Shown here piece by piece: positions 49,982-60,188 of a stretch of DNA of 64,000 nt. Every line of letters begins with the position of its first letter. Position 1 is the first letter of the stretch. The notes under the pieces are model-generated. The model did no database searches, was not told the origin of the DNA, and saw only the letters and a program-made list of their open reading frames with translations. Source of the DNA: Enterococcus phage AllMyExes; sequence record PV544171.1. One strand, written 5' to 3'. The translations under genes and the position numbers were made by a program.

Positions 49982-50188
49982 TTGCCAGAAACACATAGAC
50001 AAACAAGCTCAGGTGCACTTATATTTAAACCAACTATAGCTGAACAAGAGCATAAAAATGCTATGGAATCTATAAAACAAGAGAGAACAGAGCTAGAGAA
50101 AGAACTAGCTAATGTTAAAGCTATCAAAGATGAGTTGTCAAAAGAGCTAGCAGATATTAAACAACTGAAAGACGAATTATCAAAATAG
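49982..50188 (+). CDS. small coiled-coil protein with KELA.IK.LKDELSK repeats
   Basis: TTG start after RBS TAGGAGGAATAAAA. Heptad repeats. Confidence 0.4.
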   Translation: MPETHRQTSSGALIFKPTIAEQEHKNAMESIKQERTELEKELANVKAIKDELSKELADIKQLKDELSK

Positions 50189-50197
50189 TTTCTAAAT

Positions 50198-50317
50198 TGT
50201 CCTATTTAGGATTTCTGGTTCCCTTATATTATTAACTAATATATTTAAATAACTATATATAAAATATATAATATATAAATAATATATAATAAGACTACGA
50301 AAAACATAAAATAGGAC
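50198..50317. repeat. IR-bounded AT-rich element, copy 3 (arms TTGTCCTATTT / AAATAGGACAA; CCCTTATATTATTA box)
   Basis: Homologous to copies 1 and 2. Lies between the structural and replication modules. Confidence 0.75.
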
Positions 50318-50337
50318 AAATCAACTCTGTATACACC

Positions 50338-50365
50338 TTGACAATTACCTGCTATGTGATATAAT
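50338..50365 (+). promoter_or_regulatory. consensus sigma-A-type promoter TTGACA-16-TGaTATAAT for the replication module
   Basis: TTGACA at 50338-50343 and TATAAT at 50360-50365 with an upstream TG. Confidence 0.65.
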
Positions 50366-50442
50366 GAATATATTGATTATACTAAGGTGGGTATGTCAAG
50401 GAGCATGTATACTAATCTAACTTAAAGGAGATTTATTAATAA

Positions 50443-52215
50443 ATGAGACTAGTAGTAGATATTATGCATACTCAGATAAGGTATGAAGATTCGGAAAATT
50501 ATCTTAGACCAGAAATCCATAAGGTAATGCATTCAGAATTAGGTGTTAAAGCAGATGGATACCAATTCAGCCCTGCGTATAAAGCGGGTTACTGGGATGG
50601 TATTATTGATTTTTTTGATAAAGAAAATGATACGTTCCCCACAGGGTTACTACCCCATGTAGAGACAATATTAGGGAATCTCCAATCAACTTTATCAAAG
50701 TCAGGTTATATTTTTCAGTTTGAAATAATTGATGATAGACCTGATGAGTTCATGTCAGTAGAGGACATGGATAAGGAGATAGTACTTAATGGAGATAACA
50801 ATGACAAGATAACATTAAGAGACTATCAATATGAATCTGTGGAGCAAGTTATTAAGAACAGAATAGGTATTGTAAACGTTAGTACTGGTGGAGGTAAAAC
50901 AGAAATAGCATCAGGGCTTATACAACAAATAACCCCTTACTTAGAGTCAGGAGAGCGTATTGCATTTTTTACGAATAGTTCTTCTATTTTTTCACAGTCA
51001 ATTGACCGTATTGAGAAAAGACTTGGAATAAAAGTAGGTGCTTTTGGTGCAGGTAAGAAGGACATTCAGCAAGTTACTTTTGTAATGATACCTACGATTG
51101 TATCTGCAATATCTGCAGACCCAGAGGCTAAGCTTAAGCTGACTGCTAAAGAAAGAATGTACAAGAAAATTGCTAAGGATATAGCTCCAAAATTTGAAAG
51201 AGGGTTTAACCAAAGGAGTTTGCTTGAAGGATACCTAAATAACTTTCAAGTTAAGACAAAAGCAGACTTGCAGTTGAAACATGAACTAGAAGAAATTTTT
51301 TATTCATGTGGTACGAATAAGCAGGTTATTATGAAAATGAAAGGGTATCAAGCAGAATACCAAAAGATTGTTGAAAAGAAAAATGGTAAAGTTCTTAAGA
51401 AGTACAATGAGGCTATGGAGTTTTTAGATTCCATATCTGTAATGATTGTGGATGAGGCTCACCATACGAGTTCAGATACTTGGTATAAAGTGTTAACATC
51501 TTGTAATAACGCTCAGTATAGAATGGCACTTACTGGTTCGATTGACCGTACAAATCATGTGCTTTGGCAAAGACTTCAAGCTATATTCGGGGAGATTACG
51601 ACCAAGGTGTCTAACAACACACTCATTGAATTAGGTCACTCAGCTAAACCTAAAATAACAATATTTCCTATTATAGCCCCTGTAGATATTCAAACCACTA
51701 CGTATATGGATGCCTATCAAAAAGGTATAGTAGACAACGAATATAGAAATTCTCTTATTGCAAAGTTGACTAAGAAGATGTATGATAAAGGTAATGGGAT
51801 TTTAATTATAATTAATCGTATAGAGCACGGAGAGGCTATTAGTAACTTGCTAAAAGAAGAGGGAGTAGCTCACTACTTTATCAATGGACAACTTGAAAAT
51901 GATTTAAGGGATGAAAAAATTCAGGACATGCGTGATGGGGCACTTAAAGTAATGATTTCTTCTACGATTATAGATGAAGGTGTTGACATTTCAGGGATTG
52001 ACACATTAATTCTTGGTGCAGGAGGTAAGTCCTTAAGGCAGACACTACAACGTGTTGGTCGGGGCTTACGTAAGAAAAAAACAGGAGAAAACAAAGTAGA
52101 AGTATTCGATTTTTATGATTTAACAAACAAACATTTGAAAAAACATTCAGAGCAGAGAAGAAAAATATATGAAGATGAGCAATTTGAAATTGTTGATATT
52201 CCTATTCCTAAATAA
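50443..52215 (+). CDS. SF2 DNA helicase (DEAH box; ResIII/UvrB-like)
   Basis: Walker A VSTGGGKTE, DEAH motif MIVDEAHH, C-terminal helicase motifs. Confidence 0.65.
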   Translation: MRLVVDIMHTQIRYEDSENYLRPEIHKVMHSELGVKADGYQFSPAYKAGYWDGIIDFFDKENDTFPTGLLPHVETILGNLQSTLSKSGYIFQFEIIDDRPDEFMSVEDMDKEIVLNGDNNDKITLRDYQYESVEQVIKNRIGIVNVSTGGGKTEIASGLIQQITPYLESGERIAFFTNSSSIFSQSIDRIEKRLGIKVGAFGAGKKDIQQVTFVMIPTIVSAISADPEAKLKLTAKERMYKKIAKDIAPKFERGFNQRSLLEGYLNNFQVKTKADLQLKHELEEIFYSCGTNKQVIMKMKGYQAEYQKIVEKKNGKVLKKYNEAMEFLDSISVMIVDEAHHTSSDTWYKVLTSCNNAQYRMALTGSIDRTNHVLWQRLQAIFGEITTKVSNNTLIELGHSAKPKITIFPIIAPVDIQTTTYMDAYQKGIVDNEYRNSLIAKLTKKMYDKGNGILIIINRIEHGEAISNLLKEEGVAHYFINGQLENDLRDEKIQDMRDGALKVMISSTIIDEGVDISGIDTLILGAGGKSLRQTLQRVGRGLRKKKTGENKVEVFDFYDLTNKHLKKHSEQRRKIYEDEQFEIVDIPIPK

Positions 52216-52242
52216 CTATAATAAAGAAAGGGTGGCATACAA

Positions 52243-53871
52243 TTGCAAAGTCCATGCCTAAATATTGAATTAAAAGAAAAATTTAAATTAAACAAAGGTA
52301 TAACAGACTTTTTAGAGAGAGTTGCAGATAAATCTCAGAGATGGGGTGAAACAGTAGCCTCCCCTATCCGTAAAACGGATATGGCAAAAGAGACTGGAAA
52401 AAACCCTAGAACAATTACAAGATATATTAATCAATTAGAGGAACTAGGTTTAATAAAAACCGAAACAAAAAGAGGAATGAATGGAGGGACTTTAGTCGTG
52501 TTTAACACAGATATGCTTAATTTTGAGCCAAAGGAAAATCCTATCACGTCTGATACTAAACAAGCAAAGGAGATTAGAGAACAAGTCTTCCCTAAAGCCC
52601 CAACTAAAGTACCAAAACGCAGATATAGAACAAAAGCGGAGATAGCTGAGGCACGTATACTTAGTGAAAAACTTAAAAAACGTGAAGACATTTTAAATGA
52701 TAAAATTGAGTTTAACGTTGTTACTAGAAGTTTTTTCGACAGTTTTGACGAACCAGAAGCGTACTTTAAAGGCTATTTAATTTCAAGAATGTATAATGCT
52801 TATGTGACAATCATTCCTTATGAAAAATATAATAGACTGAAAAATTTAGATGAGAAAAAGGCTAAGCAACAACTACGAGCATACGAAAGCTCTTACAATT
52901 ACGATGTGTTGCCTAGAAGATTTGTTGGGACACCTCAGTACAAAAAATTTGTAGAGCTAGCTAAATATTGTGAAGAGAATAATATCAATCCTTTAGTTTA
53001 TTTAACAGTTCAATTTGATAGAACAGAGTTTTTGATTTCTGTAGGTAAAGCACGGGTAGGGGCTACACCCTATGTAAATACTTTGTTATGTGCAGAGGCT
53101 AAAGAGGCTTACACAAATAGAAAACTGTTCTACAGAATGTTACAGAACCAATATGGATTGTATACGTCTATCAATTCAGAAGCTACTTATTATGGTGCAA
53201 CTTATCCAATTATTTCAGGACTATTGAATGCTTACAATATGCCACAGAAGGACTTGTCACAGTTAGACACTGCTATTTGTGACTTAGAATATAAAAAAGA
53301 TATTGACAAAAAAGCAGGTACGTTGTACTCTTATTATACAGCAACACTTAAATCGTTAGATGAATCTGACGTATCTAGTGAAGCTAAAGAAAGTATTGCT
53401 AACTTCTTGAAAGAACAAGTTGCAAACTTTTCTAGTAAACGTGGACTAACTTCAACACAGTATGCCTTAGCATTCCCTATTCAGATAAACTCTGCACGCA
53501 GTTTATTAATGAATGAGGAAGACGAAGAACTACTTTATTTATTGTTAGGTAACCAGTCACGATTATCTAATGTAACAAATGATGAAGCTGAAATGTTTAT
53601 TAAACAAGGTAGAAAATTAAGTATGTCTTGGTGGGGCTCACAGAACTTCTCAAGAACAATGTTCATGTTAGCGGACTACTATGGGTTTAAAACAAATATA
53701 TCTAAGTTAGGTATGTACATTAAAGAATTTGGTGAGGAGAAAATTCCTTTAGATTCTGTAGGTATGTTAGATGTAAATAGAATCTATGATGTCTTAATGA
53801 CTGAACAAGAGATTTTAGAGATTGACAAAAGTAACTGGGAGAACCAAAAAGATATGCGTGACGACAAATAA
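52243..53871 (+). CDS. replication-associated protein with N-terminal HTH (Rep-like)
   Basis: 542 aa. HTH in KTDMAKETGKNPRTITRYINQLEELGLIK. TTG start. Position between the two helicases. Confidence 0.45.
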   Translation: MQSPCLNIELKEKFKLNKGITDFLERVADKSQRWGETVASPIRKTDMAKETGKNPRTITRYINQLEELGLIKTETKRGMNGGTLVVFNTDMLNFEPKENPITSDTKQAKEIREQVFPKAPTKVPKRRYRTKAEIAEARILSEKLKKREDILNDKIEFNVVTRSFFDSFDEPEAYFKGYLISRMYNAYVTIIPYEKYNRLKNLDEKKAKQQLRAYESSYNYDVLPRRFVGTPQYKKFVELAKYCEENNINPLVYLTVQFDRTEFLISVGKARVGATPYVNTLLCAEAKEAYTNRKLFYRMLQNQYGLYTSINSEATYYGATYPIISGLLNAYNMPQKDLSQLDTAICDLEYKKDIDKKAGTLYSYYTATLKSLDESDVSSEAKESIANFLKEQVANFSSKRGLTSTQYALAFPIQINSARSLLMNEEDEELLYLLLGNQSRLSNVTNDEAEMFIKQGRKLSMSWWGSQNFSRTMFMLADYYGFKTNISKLGMYIKEFGEEKIPLDSVGMLDVNRIYDVLMTEQEILEIDKSNWENQKDMRDDK

Positions 53872-53903
53872 GAAATATAAATGGGAGAGGGACGGATAGT
53901 AAG

Positions 53904-55376
53904 ATGAGTCAAATTCAAAAACAAGTTATTTATAGAGCATTAAGTGAGCCATTCTTTGCAAAGGAAATTCTAAGTAAAATTCCAATGGATGAGTTTAAAG
54001 ATTCTGGATATGAGATGATTGTTTCTACAATCAACTTATATTACAGAACACATGATGAGAGCTTAGAGGAACAGAGTTTATTAACACTAGTAGAAGATAA
54101 GATGTTAAAACAAAACAAAAGTTTGGAAGCTCAAAACAAAGTCTTTGAGGTAGTTAGCGACTTATACGAACTAGAGAACGAAGATGTAGACTCAGAAGTT
54201 ATCAGTGAGAACATTCAGAACTACGTTCGTAAGGTACTAACACGAGAAGCAATCATGAAATCTGTAACAAATGAAGGCACACTAGGCTCTGATAGTAATA
54301 TTCAACAGCTAATGGATGACTTGAGAGACATTCTTACTATCGAGACAGCAGGCAATAATTCAGAATTGCTAGACTTCTTCGATGACGTAGATAAAAAGAT
54401 GGAGTTACTTGCAAACTTGCAACAAAACAAATACCCAACTGGCTTCACAGCCATTGATGCTATTTCCGATGGTGGGCTAGCTCGTGGAGAAGTCGGGATG
54501 GTTGTTGCGCCTACTGGTGGTGGTAAAACTACTTGGGCAGTTAACCAAGCTAGAAACTATGTTGTACGTGGTTTAAATGTTCTTTATGTTCCTTTAGAGG
54601 AAAAAGTAGACCGTATGATTGTTCGTTTTGAACAATTATTATCACAACAAAGTAAGAAGAACATCTTAGTTGATGGTGAATTGAATAAAGACTTGTATAC
54701 CCAAATCCAACAGGCGTATGGAGCAGGTAAAGAACAGATGAATTGGGGTAACCTTTGGATTCGTAAATATAAACCACAAGAGCTAACACCTAGCGGTTTA
54801 TCTCAGTTAATCTCCGATGTAATGATTCGTAAAGGACAGCAAATTGATGTTGTCATTATTGACTACCCAGATTTAATGAAAAACCCTCATGCAAGCGGAA
54901 GCAATGGTGAATCAGATGCAGGAGGTAAACTGTATGAAGATATTCGTGCGATTGCACAAGAATATGATTTTGTTTGTTGGACGTTATCCCAGTTGAACCG
55001 AGCAAGCTATGGTCAAGATATTAAAAATGCAGGAGCTATCGAAGGTTCTAAACGTAAAATGAACGCAGTAGAACTTATTTTTACATTAAACCAAACATCA
55101 GAGGAGTTTAGTAACGGATATTTGAGAGCTTATGTAGATAAGTTACGTAATAATAGTGGGATTGCCTATGATAAAATGTTGTATTTTAAAGTACTCCCAG
55201 AAACTATGACTATTAGAGATGAAACACCAGAAGAACGAGCAGAACATGAAGCACTGTTAGCAGATAATGCGATGAATAGAGCAAGTAGCCATTCTGATGA
55301 GAATAACTACACAGCAAACGATGTTAATAAAAAGATAAGTAATTTGAATAATACCCTTTCAGGAGGTTGGAATTAA
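53904..55376 (+). CDS. DnaB-like replicative helicase
   Basis: Walker A VVAPTGGGKTTWAV, Walker B VVIIDYPD, RecA-like C-terminal fold, N-terminal helical domain. Confidence 0.6.
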   Translation: MSQIQKQVIYRALSEPFFAKEILSKIPMDEFKDSGYEMIVSTINLYYRTHDESLEEQSLLTLVEDKMLKQNKSLEAQNKVFEVVSDLYELENEDVDSEVISENIQNYVRKVLTREAIMKSVTNEGTLGSDSNIQQLMDDLRDILTIETAGNNSELLDFFDDVDKKMELLANLQQNKYPTGFTAIDAISDGGLARGEVGMVVAPTGGGKTTWAVNQARNYVVRGLNVLYVPLEEKVDRMIVRFEQLLSQQSKKNILVDGELNKDLYTQIQQAYGAGKEQMNWGNLWIRKYKPQELTPSGLSQLISDVMIRKGQQIDVVIIDYPDLMKNPHASGSNGESDAGGKLYEDIRAIAQEYDFVCWTLSQLNRASYGQDIKNAGAIEGSKRKMNAVELIFTLNQTSEEFSNGYLRAYVDKLRNNSGIAYDKMLYFKVLPETMTIRDETPEERAEHEALLADNAMNRASSHSDENNYTANDVNKKISNLNNTLSGGWN

Positions 55377-56431
55377 TGAAACATATTATTAATTTTTCAG
55401 ATTTTCATATGCACTTTTTTAAAGATTTTTCAAAACCAGACCCAGAGTATGGAACTGATAGGGCAAAAGAGCAAATTACTATATTAGACAACTTGATGAA
55501 CTATGCACGAAACAAAAATGGGGATGTTTTATTTAATGGGGACATGTTCCATAAACGAGTATCTATTGATGTTAGAATATTTAATATGTTATTTCAAGTA
55601 ATTAGTAGTTACCCCGATGTCGATGTTATCATGGTCAGTGGTAATCATGATAAGGTAACTAACTCTCTATATTCAGATAGTGCTTTAGCACCATTTAGTG
55701 CTTTACCAAATGTTACAGTTTGTTCTACGTTAAACAAGATTGTGAAAGATGATTATACGTTGTATGCTGTTAGCTATGGGGAAGAGGTCGAAGAGATGAA
55801 AGCTTGGATAAAAGAACAAGCTGACAATTTAGACCATGAAACAGTTAATATTCTAAGTGCACACATTGGTGTAGATGGTTCATCTACTGGGAAGTACTCC
55901 CATACACTTGGTGGTGCTTTTAAAGTAGCTGATTTATACCCTGACAAGTTTGACATAGTTACATTGGGTCACTATCATAAACGACAATTTTTGGGAAACC
56001 TATCTAATGTGTTTTATGTGGGCAATACCTTACAGACTTCTTTTGCGGATGAAGGTCAAGAAAAAGGTTTTTATGATATTACTATAGAGGGTAAGAAGTG
56101 GGAACAAAAATTTATTAAAACTGACTATACTCCGTTTGAAACAGTAACAGCTGATAGTCCATCAACAACAGGTTCTATGGAGAAATCTTATATCCAGTTT
56201 ATCGGTAATGTGGACGAGGTTGAGGCTGTGAAGAGAATAAAAGAAGAGAACAACTTAAGTAATATTAGAATAAAAGTTCAGAAGGACTATCATGTTGAGC
56301 CACGTATAAACATAACAGCAGGTTCGACACCTAGTGAAGTTGTCAATGCATTTATTAGTAAAAAGTACCCTAACGCAAAAATAATTAAAGAAAAAGCTCT
56401 CGACTGTTTGAGAGAAGCAATGGAAGTGTAA
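55367..56431 (+). CDS. Mre11/SbcD-like recombination nuclease (calcineurin-like phosphoesterase)
   Basis: Motifs FSDFH, GDMFH, VSGNHD and GHYH. Confidence 0.65.
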   Translation: MELMKHIINFSDFHMHFFKDFSKPDPEYGTDRAKEQITILDNLMNYARNKNGDVLFNGDMFHKRVSIDVRIFNMLFQVISSYPDVDVIMVSGNHDKVTNSLYSDSALAPFSALPNVTVCSTLNKIVKDDYTLYAVSYGEEVEEMKAWIKEQADNLDHETVNILSAHIGVDGSSTGKYSHTLGGAFKVADLYPDKFDIVTLGHYHKRQFLGNLSNVFYVGNTLQTSFADEGQEKGFYDITIEGKKWEQKFIKTDYTPFETVTADSPSTTGSMEKSYIQFIGNVDEVEAVKRIKEENNLSNIRIKVQKDYHVEPRINITAGSTPSEVVNAFISKKYPNAKIIKEKALDCLREAMEV

Positions 56432-56440
56432 TAATTGTTC

Positions 56441-56465
56441 AGCCTAGATATATCTAGGCTTTTTT
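56441..56465 (+). terminator. Rho-independent terminator
   Basis: AGCCTAGATATATCTAGGCT followed by T5. Confidence 0.6.
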
Positions 56466-56476
56466 GCGTTGTACTA

Positions 56477-56505
56477 TTGACTTTATTAGTATTTTGAAGT
56501 ATAAT
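56477..56505 (+). promoter_or_regulatory. sigma-A-type promoter TTGACT-17-TATAAT
   Basis: Exact hexamers with a 17-nt spacer, upstream of the Rad50-like gene. Confidence 0.6.
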
Positions 56506-56546
56506 ATGTTTATTGAAATAATTAATTAATATTTTGGGAGGAAAAG

Positions 56547-58439
56547 ATGTTAAAGTTTAAACGAGTTAGCGCAGAGAACTATATGTCCATTGGCTCTGTA
56601 TCTATTGATTTAGACAACCAAGGACTCGTACTTATCGAAGGTATAAATGATACAAACGAAACATTTCAGAGTAATGGCTCAGGTAAAAGTACTTTACTGT
56701 CTACCGTTACTTATGCATTGTATGGAGCTACCCCTAGTGGTTTGAAAGCTGATGCTGTAATTAATAAACAAGCAAAGAAAAATATGTCAGTGATTTTAGA
56801 ATTTGAAAAAGATGGGGTACCATATCGTATCGAACGTTATCGTAAACACTCTAAACATAAAAATACTACTAGATTTTTCCAAGGAACAAATGATATAACT
56901 CAGAAATCTGTAGCAGACACCGACAAAAAGATTCAAGATGTGTTCGGTATTGACTACCTGACTTATGCTAATAGTATCATGTATGGTCAGGGTAACGTAG
57001 AAATATTTGCTACAGCGACTGATAAGGGTAAAAAACAAATCTTAGAGAATTTAGCTGATATTGGTGTTTACCGATATGCACAGGATGTTGCTAAAGAAAG
57101 AGCACAAAAAGCACTAGCTCTTGCAGAAGAGCTGAACAGACAGTACATTGCTAAGACATATGAAAAAGATGGGTTAACTCAATCTTATAATAGTGCTTTA
57201 CAACAATACGAGAATACAGAAAAGCTGATTCAACAAAAAGAGAGTGAGTTAGCTAATGCAGAATTAGCTATTAAACAAAGTGAGAAGAATTTATCAGAGG
57301 GAAGAGCACTACGTGAACCCGAATTAGAAAAGCTAAGAGAGCAGATGGCACAACTAACTTCCCCTGCAGACGTTCGTGAAATTGATGTAGAAGTTGAAAC
57401 ACAGTATTCTAACGTTAGTAGATTGTCTAGTGCAAAAACACAGAATGATACTGCTATTGAGAAATTAAAAAAAGAACTAGAAGATGTTAAAACAAATACA
57501 AATTGCTACCTATGTGGTGCTTTATTGAGTCCACAGCATAGAGAACAAGAAATTCAACGCATTCAAAGAGAAATAGCGGATAAAGAAGTGTTTATCGAAA
57601 AGCTTAATAGTGCATTAGCAGTGTATTCCCCTCTGTTAGAGCAAGCAAGAGCTAAACAAGAGGAAGCAAGAAAAGCTATTCAAGAACATACTAATATTTA
57701 TCATAAACTTAATGGTGAAATGAATGCGTTGTATCATGAGATAGATACATTAGAGAACACATTGAACACCTCTATTAATAATAGGGACAGCATTAAGGAT
57801 ATGTTAGCAAGACTACAAGAAATACCTAAACCTCAGTATGACTATGACAAAGACCGAGAAATAGAAGATGAACTAAATAACATTAATCAATTAAAGTTAG
57901 ATGCCGAAGAAGAAGCTAGTCAATATAAAACTATTGCACAAGAAATTTTCTCCAATAAAGGCATACGCTCTGAGGTACTTGACCTAGTTACACCTTTCTT
58001 AAATGAAAGAGCAAACCATTACTTATCTACCCTTTCAGGTTCAGATATTGAAATAAACTTTAGTACCCAAACAGAGAAAGCAGATGGTAGTTTAGCTGAT
58101 AAGTTTGACTTAGAGGTAGTGAATGGCTCTGGTGGAAACACATATCAAGCAAACTCCGAGGGAGAGAAGAAGAGAATTGATTTAGCAATATCTTTTGCTA
58201 TTCAAGATTTAGTTCAGTCAAAAGCAAACATTGCTGTTAATTTAGGTTTGTACGATGAGTGTTTTGATGGTTTAGATGCAATTGGTTGTGAGAACGTTAT
58301 TAAAATATTGAAAGAACGCCAAAAGAACATTAGTAGTATTTTCGTAATAACTCACTCGGAGAACTTGAAGCCATTGTTTGAGAACGTAATCACTATGAAA
58401 AAAGTTCAAGGTCGTTCTTACCTTGAAGAAAGTAAATAG
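56547..58439 (+). CDS. Rad50/SbcC-like recombination ATPase
   Basis: Walker A NGSGKSTLL, long coiled coil with CxxC zinc hook (CYLCGALL), C-terminal Walker B/D-loop LGLYDECFDGLD. Confidence 0.65.
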   Translation: MLKFKRVSAENYMSIGSVSIDLDNQGLVLIEGINDTNETFQSNGSGKSTLLSTVTYALYGATPSGLKADAVINKQAKKNMSVILEFEKDGVPYRIERYRKHSKHKNTTRFFQGTNDITQKSVADTDKKIQDVFGIDYLTYANSIMYGQGNVEIFATATDKGKKQILENLADIGVYRYAQDVAKERAQKALALAEELNRQYIAKTYEKDGLTQSYNSALQQYENTEKLIQQKESELANAELAIKQSEKNLSEGRALREPELEKLREQMAQLTSPADVREIDVEVETQYSNVSRLSSAKTQNDTAIEKLKKELEDVKTNTNCYLCGALLSPQHREQEIQRIQREIADKEVFIEKLNSALAVYSPLLEQARAKQEEARKAIQEHTNIYHKLNGEMNALYHEIDTLENTLNTSINNRDSIKDMLARLQEIPKPQYDYDKDREIEDELNNINQLKLDAEEEASQYKTIAQEIFSNKGIRSEVLDLVTPFLNERANHYLSTLSGSDIEINFSTQTEKADGSLADKFDLEVVNGSGGNTYQANSEGEKKRIDLAISFAIQDLVQSKANIAVNLGLYDECFDGLDAIGCENVIKILKERQKNISSIFVITHSENLKPLFENVITMKKVQGRSYLEESK

Positions 58440-58447
58440 GTGATTAC

Positions 58448-59113
58448 ATGAAGATTTATACATTAAGTAGAGAGTTAAACGAAGGTACTATATTTGTACC
58501 TACAAGTAGTAGTAATGAAGGGAAACTATTTAGCTTCCCGTTAGAGACACTGTTCGATTGGTACCCTTGTTGCCCAAGATATGAGTATCAGTATAGTACT
58601 TCTCGAAAAAAACTATATTTGAGATTGTTAGACTCAGACAAAACATTAGTAGCTAGATACGGTGTTGTGGATAATAAAAAGAGAGTTATTTCAAAAATAG
58701 CTTGCTTTAATGAGAATGAATGGTATAATGAAGAAGTGGCAAATGAGAATGCAGAGTTGTTTAACTTTGCTGAACAATATGACATTGTTACACCTTTAAA
58801 AGACGATTATACATTAAAAGAAGTAGATGATAGCATTTCTAAAGTACTGGATATTCTTGATTTACTTTATACAAACCAAAAAGTTAAAGTAGAGGAAGAG
58901 CTCATAAATAAAGTGGATACTCTACAATTGAGCAAGCCAGACTCAGATGAACTTAAACAAGCGTATAAGGACATATCTGAGTATATGCGATTAGACAGAG
59001 AGGAAAAGGCTACTTATGTGTTAAGCAGGTCACTAGACTCTTTAAATAGTGTTTATGAAAAATTTGGTAATGTGTATACAATGTTAAATATTATGAGGAA
59101 AGTAGTGGCTTAA
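58448..59113 (+). CDS. hypothetical protein
   Basis: 221-aa ORF. Confidence 0.45.
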   Translation: MKIYTLSRELNEGTIFVPTSSSNEGKLFSFPLETLFDWYPCCPRYEYQYSTSRKKLYLRLLDSDKTLVARYGVVDNKKRVISKIACFNENEWYNEEVANENAELFNFAEQYDIVTPLKDDYTLKEVDDSISKVLDILDLLYTNQKVKVEEELINKVDTLQLSKPDSDELKQAYKDISEYMRLDREEKATYVLSRSLDSLNSVYEKFGNVYTMLNIMRKVVA

Positions 59114-60172
59114 ATGTTTACAGACTTGTTATCTAACGAATTAGGTTCACCTAAATATGCAGTAAGGGACTACAGGTACAATTGCCCTTTTTGCGACTAC
59201 GATACTAAGTATAAGTTTTATGTTAGGGTAGAAGAAGGACACCCAAAGAATAACTTATGGCATTGTTTTAAGTGTGGTAGTTCAGGTAACCCAGTATCTT
59301 TTGTAATGAAGTATTACAACGTGTCTTTTAAAGAAGCGCTAGAGATATTAGAAGAATATGGCTATAGGTTTAATAATAAAAATTATGTGCCTAAATCAGA
59401 TAAGTTAACTGATGAGGAATACTTATTACTTCTTCTAGGTTCGTTAGGTAAGCCAAAAGAAGAAACTAAACAAGCTAAAAAAGAGTTAGTAGCACCCCCA
59501 CTGCCAGATGGTTTTAAACTACTAAGCCAGAACCTGAGAGAGCCAGAAGCGTACCCTTTCTTATTATACTGTAATAAGAGGGGGTTTACATTGAATGATA
59601 TTTATATGCACAATATTGGATATGTAAAAGATTCTTGGGTACCCTTAGAAAATGGTAAGTCAGTCAGACTCAAAGACCACTTAGTTTTTTTAACTCATGG
59701 AAAAGATGGTAAGTATCAATATTGGAATACTAGAGCTATTGGGGAAAGCTTTATTAAGTCTTTGAACGCTCCAAGTAAAGAGGGTGAGCATTCAAAAAAG
59801 GATACTATATTTAATATTAATAGAGCTAGTCAAACCCCTCAGATAGTTATAACAGAAGGTGTTCCAGATGCATTAACAATTGGTGAGTCTGGTGTAGGTA
59901 CTTTTGGTAAACAAGTGACTGACGAGCAAGTTGAACTTATTTTAGATAGTGTGAATGAAGAGCAAAAAATATTTATCTATTTAGATAAAGATGCTAAAAA
60001 AGAAATTAAGAAGTTAGCAGAGAAACTATATAAGAGACATAACGAGACTTATGTAGTTATAAGCCCAACAACTCAAGATGCAAATAGTCTAGGGAGAGAA
60101 GAAGCTTGGAATATTATAAATAACTACTCTGTAAAAGCAGATGGAGTAGGGTTAATAAAATTAATGTTATAG
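59114..60172 (+). CDS. DNA primase (zinc-finger plus Toprim)
   Basis: CPFCDYD...CFKCGSSG zinc-binding motif. Toprim ITEGVPDALT and DxD in YLDKDAKKE. Confidence 0.6.
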   Translation: MFTDLLSNELGSPKYAVRDYRYNCPFCDYDTKYKFYVRVEEGHPKNNLWHCFKCGSSGNPVSFVMKYYNVSFKEALEILEEYGYRFNNKNYVPKSDKLTDEEYLLLLLGSLGKPKEETKQAKKELVAPPLPDGFKLLSQNLREPEAYPFLLYCNKRGFTLNDIYMHNIGYVKDSWVPLENGKSVRLKDHLVFLTHGKDGKYQYWNTRAIGESFIKSLNAPSKEGEHSKKDTIFNINRASQTPQIVITEGVPDALTIGESGVGTFGKQVTDEQVELILDSVNEEQKIFIYLDKDAKKEIKKLAEKLYKRHNETYVVISPTTQDANSLGREEAWNIINNYSVKADGVGLIKLML

Positions 60173-60188
60173 ATAGGAGAGGGAAAAA

